The notes beneath the pieces were generated by a model that saw nothing but the letters and a program-made list of their open reading frames with translations, was not told where the DNA came from and ran no database searches. From contig MQRK01221508.1 of NCBI GenBank assembly GCA_001938485.1, positions 88,166-151,490 of the forward strand: 63,325 nt of DNA. Reading direction: 5' to 3'. Both the position numbers and the translations under genes were made by a program. Numbering within the stretch: position 1 is the first letter of the stretch; each line of letters begins with the position of its first letter. Shown one piece after another: positions 61,251-63,325 of the stretch. The stretch comes from Girardia tigrina. Its lineage: Eukaryota.

Positions 61251-62907
61251 CCGTATTTATCGAACTATAAACCGCGGCTTATATGAAAAAAAATATGAAA
61301 ATTAAAAAAAATTGGTTAGACTTATACACGTGTACGACTTATATAAAAATAAAAACATCAATATATAAAAACAAAAACAATAATTTTATTTTAAGATTAT
61401 TCGATTTCCTCGAAACTATCAAAATCTTCATCATCTATTATTTCAAATGTTTCTAAAATGTGCAAAAATTCCGTTTGAATTTCTTGTAAATCTTTATCCT
61501 CACTTTTAGTTTCAATTTCTGAATCATCATCATCTTAGATATTTTCATCATAAGTTTGAATCCCTGCTTTCTTAAATCCATTTTTAATACACTGTGGTGT
61601 AACATCTTCCCAGCTTTTAACAATCCAATCGCCTATTTCTGAATATGTCACCTTTTGATTTTCCCCGTTTTGTTGTAAATGTGGCAACCATTGATAATCC
61701 AATTTTCCCAATGTATAAGCTTAGATTTGAACGATTTGTTAACTGATAGATCAAGTGATTGAAGGAATTTAGTGAGGCCACCAGGGATCACTACAAGTTC
61801 AGAATATTTTTTGACCTCATTTTTAACTTCCTCAGTAAGATGACATCTAGCAGAATCGTATATTAAAAGTAATTTAGGCTTAAAAAAATTATTTCTTTTA
61901 ATCCAATTTTTTGTATCCATTTTTTCATTATTTCACTATTTGACCATCCATTTTCATTGACTTCAACAATAATTCCTTTTGGAAAATTTTCTTTGAGCAT
62001 TGTTAGTCTTTTAAATATCACCATTATTTTACATTTTTTCCATCGTCAGTTACAGTTAATATAACTGTAAAATTATATTTTTCATTTCCGGTTGTTTTGA
62101 TCAGAATATCTCTTTTTCCTTTTTCATCAACTGTCCTTGTATCCGGAATATCGAAATTAACAGAAACTTCATCCATATTCCCAAGATGCTACAAATCGAT
62201 ATCTCTATTTTTATTTTTAAAAAAAAGTAAAAATGTTTCTTTTTTTCTTCCCAATCAGCTGGCAACGATTGTCCCATTGAAGTTACTGCTCTCATGCTTA
62301 AATTATTTCTTTTCATAAATCTTGTGCACCAACCATTCGTAAAATTTTCTATATTAAAATCATATTTTGCCATTTTTTTCGCTGTTAATCTAATATCATT
62401 TGTAGAAACTTTAAACCATTTCTCCCTTTTCTCGATTACATACTTTGTAACGGCCTTTTCTAAATCGGGCCAATGTGCGAATCCCCTTCTTTTTGCTTTC
62501 TTTTTTTCGGCATTACGTTGAAAAGATTTTTCGATTTTCTCCAATCCTGAATGTTTTTTTCATTTATATTGAATTCTCTTTTTGCTTCTCTGATACCATG
62601 TTTTTCAGCATAAGCAATACTTTCCAATTTTCTTTTGACTGTAAACGATATTCTTGTTTTCTTCATTTTTAACGTGGATTTTAAATTCAAATTACTTTAA
62701 TAAAACAAAAATAATTAAAGTCAAAATTAAAATAATATTAATTTAAATTTAATAATTTCTTCATTTGCATAATTTAAACTAAGTTTTTGATTCAAGTTTT
62801 CAAGTCACAAAAATATTCGACATATACGCTGTTGAATTTAATTTTCAAAATTAAAATAATTGGATGCGACTTATAAGCGAGTGCGACTTATAGTCCGATA
62901 AATACGG
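61251..62907 (-). mobile_element. pogo/Tigger-like transposon, decayed
   Basis: TIRs CCGTATTTATCG(A/G)ACTATAA flanked by TA; CENP-B-like HTH (GWCTRFMKRN), YDSARCH, IPGGLTKFLQSLDLSVNKSFK. Confidence 0.93.
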
Positions 62908-63325
62908 TATTTTTCTAAAAAATTAAGAAAAAATACACTTTACGCGATCATTTCCTTTTTTGCGAACCAAGCATTGGCAGCTATTAATTGCCTTTTGAGA
63001 AAACTACAGTCTGAGTCATATAATTATCACTTTTTTAAATAAAGCCCTATCTTTTCTATTATTTAAGATATATCTCTGTAATTTAGTATATATATATATA
63101 TATTACTCATGTTATATAACAATNNNNNNNNNNNNNNNNNNNNNNNNNNNNNNNNNNNNNNNNNNNAAAAACACAAAATCATTATTTTCACCATTTTAGG
63201 CTGAGTCAGATAATTATCACTTTTTCTATAAATCAGGTTTAAATTACCACTATTGTTTTAATTTTCAATTATTTTGCAAATTTATGAAACTGTAAGTAAT
63301 ATTATTTATATTTGGCTTATAATTC

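Noticed and set aside
1-63325. CRISPR arrays, operons or prokaryotic defence systems
   Set aside because: The sequence is eukaryotic with spliceosomal introns; no regularly spaced repeat-spacer array was seen.

Overview
A very AT-rich eukaryotic draft-genome window with several N gaps; short 42-60 nt introns and the transposon content suggest a planarian-type flatworm (inference only). One large minus-strand gene spans almost the whole window. I reconstructed 24 phase-consistent GT-AG exons from 59615 to the stop at 4999 (about 2,080 aa, 5'-incomplete), with the layout Ig-(Fn3)x8-Ig-Ig-kinase1-linker-Ig-Fn3-kinase2, typical of the UNC-89/obscurin/SPEG family; both kinase domains look catalytically defective. 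Its introns are packed with decayed mobile DNA: mariner, plant-type DD39D mariner, pogo, Merlin, hAT, MULE, Ty3/Gypsy with solo LTRs, Penelope-like fragments carrying minimal hammerhead ribozymes, a zinc-finger non-LTR insertion and a 5S-rRNA-derived SINE-like element. The most striking observation is a family of three 0.9-1.3 kb TG...CA elements (17314-18304, 41653-42954, 59856-60756). Each has a perfect 5-bp target-site duplication and conserved ends but a different cargo, one being an intronless, TM-less copy of the SNARE SEC22.
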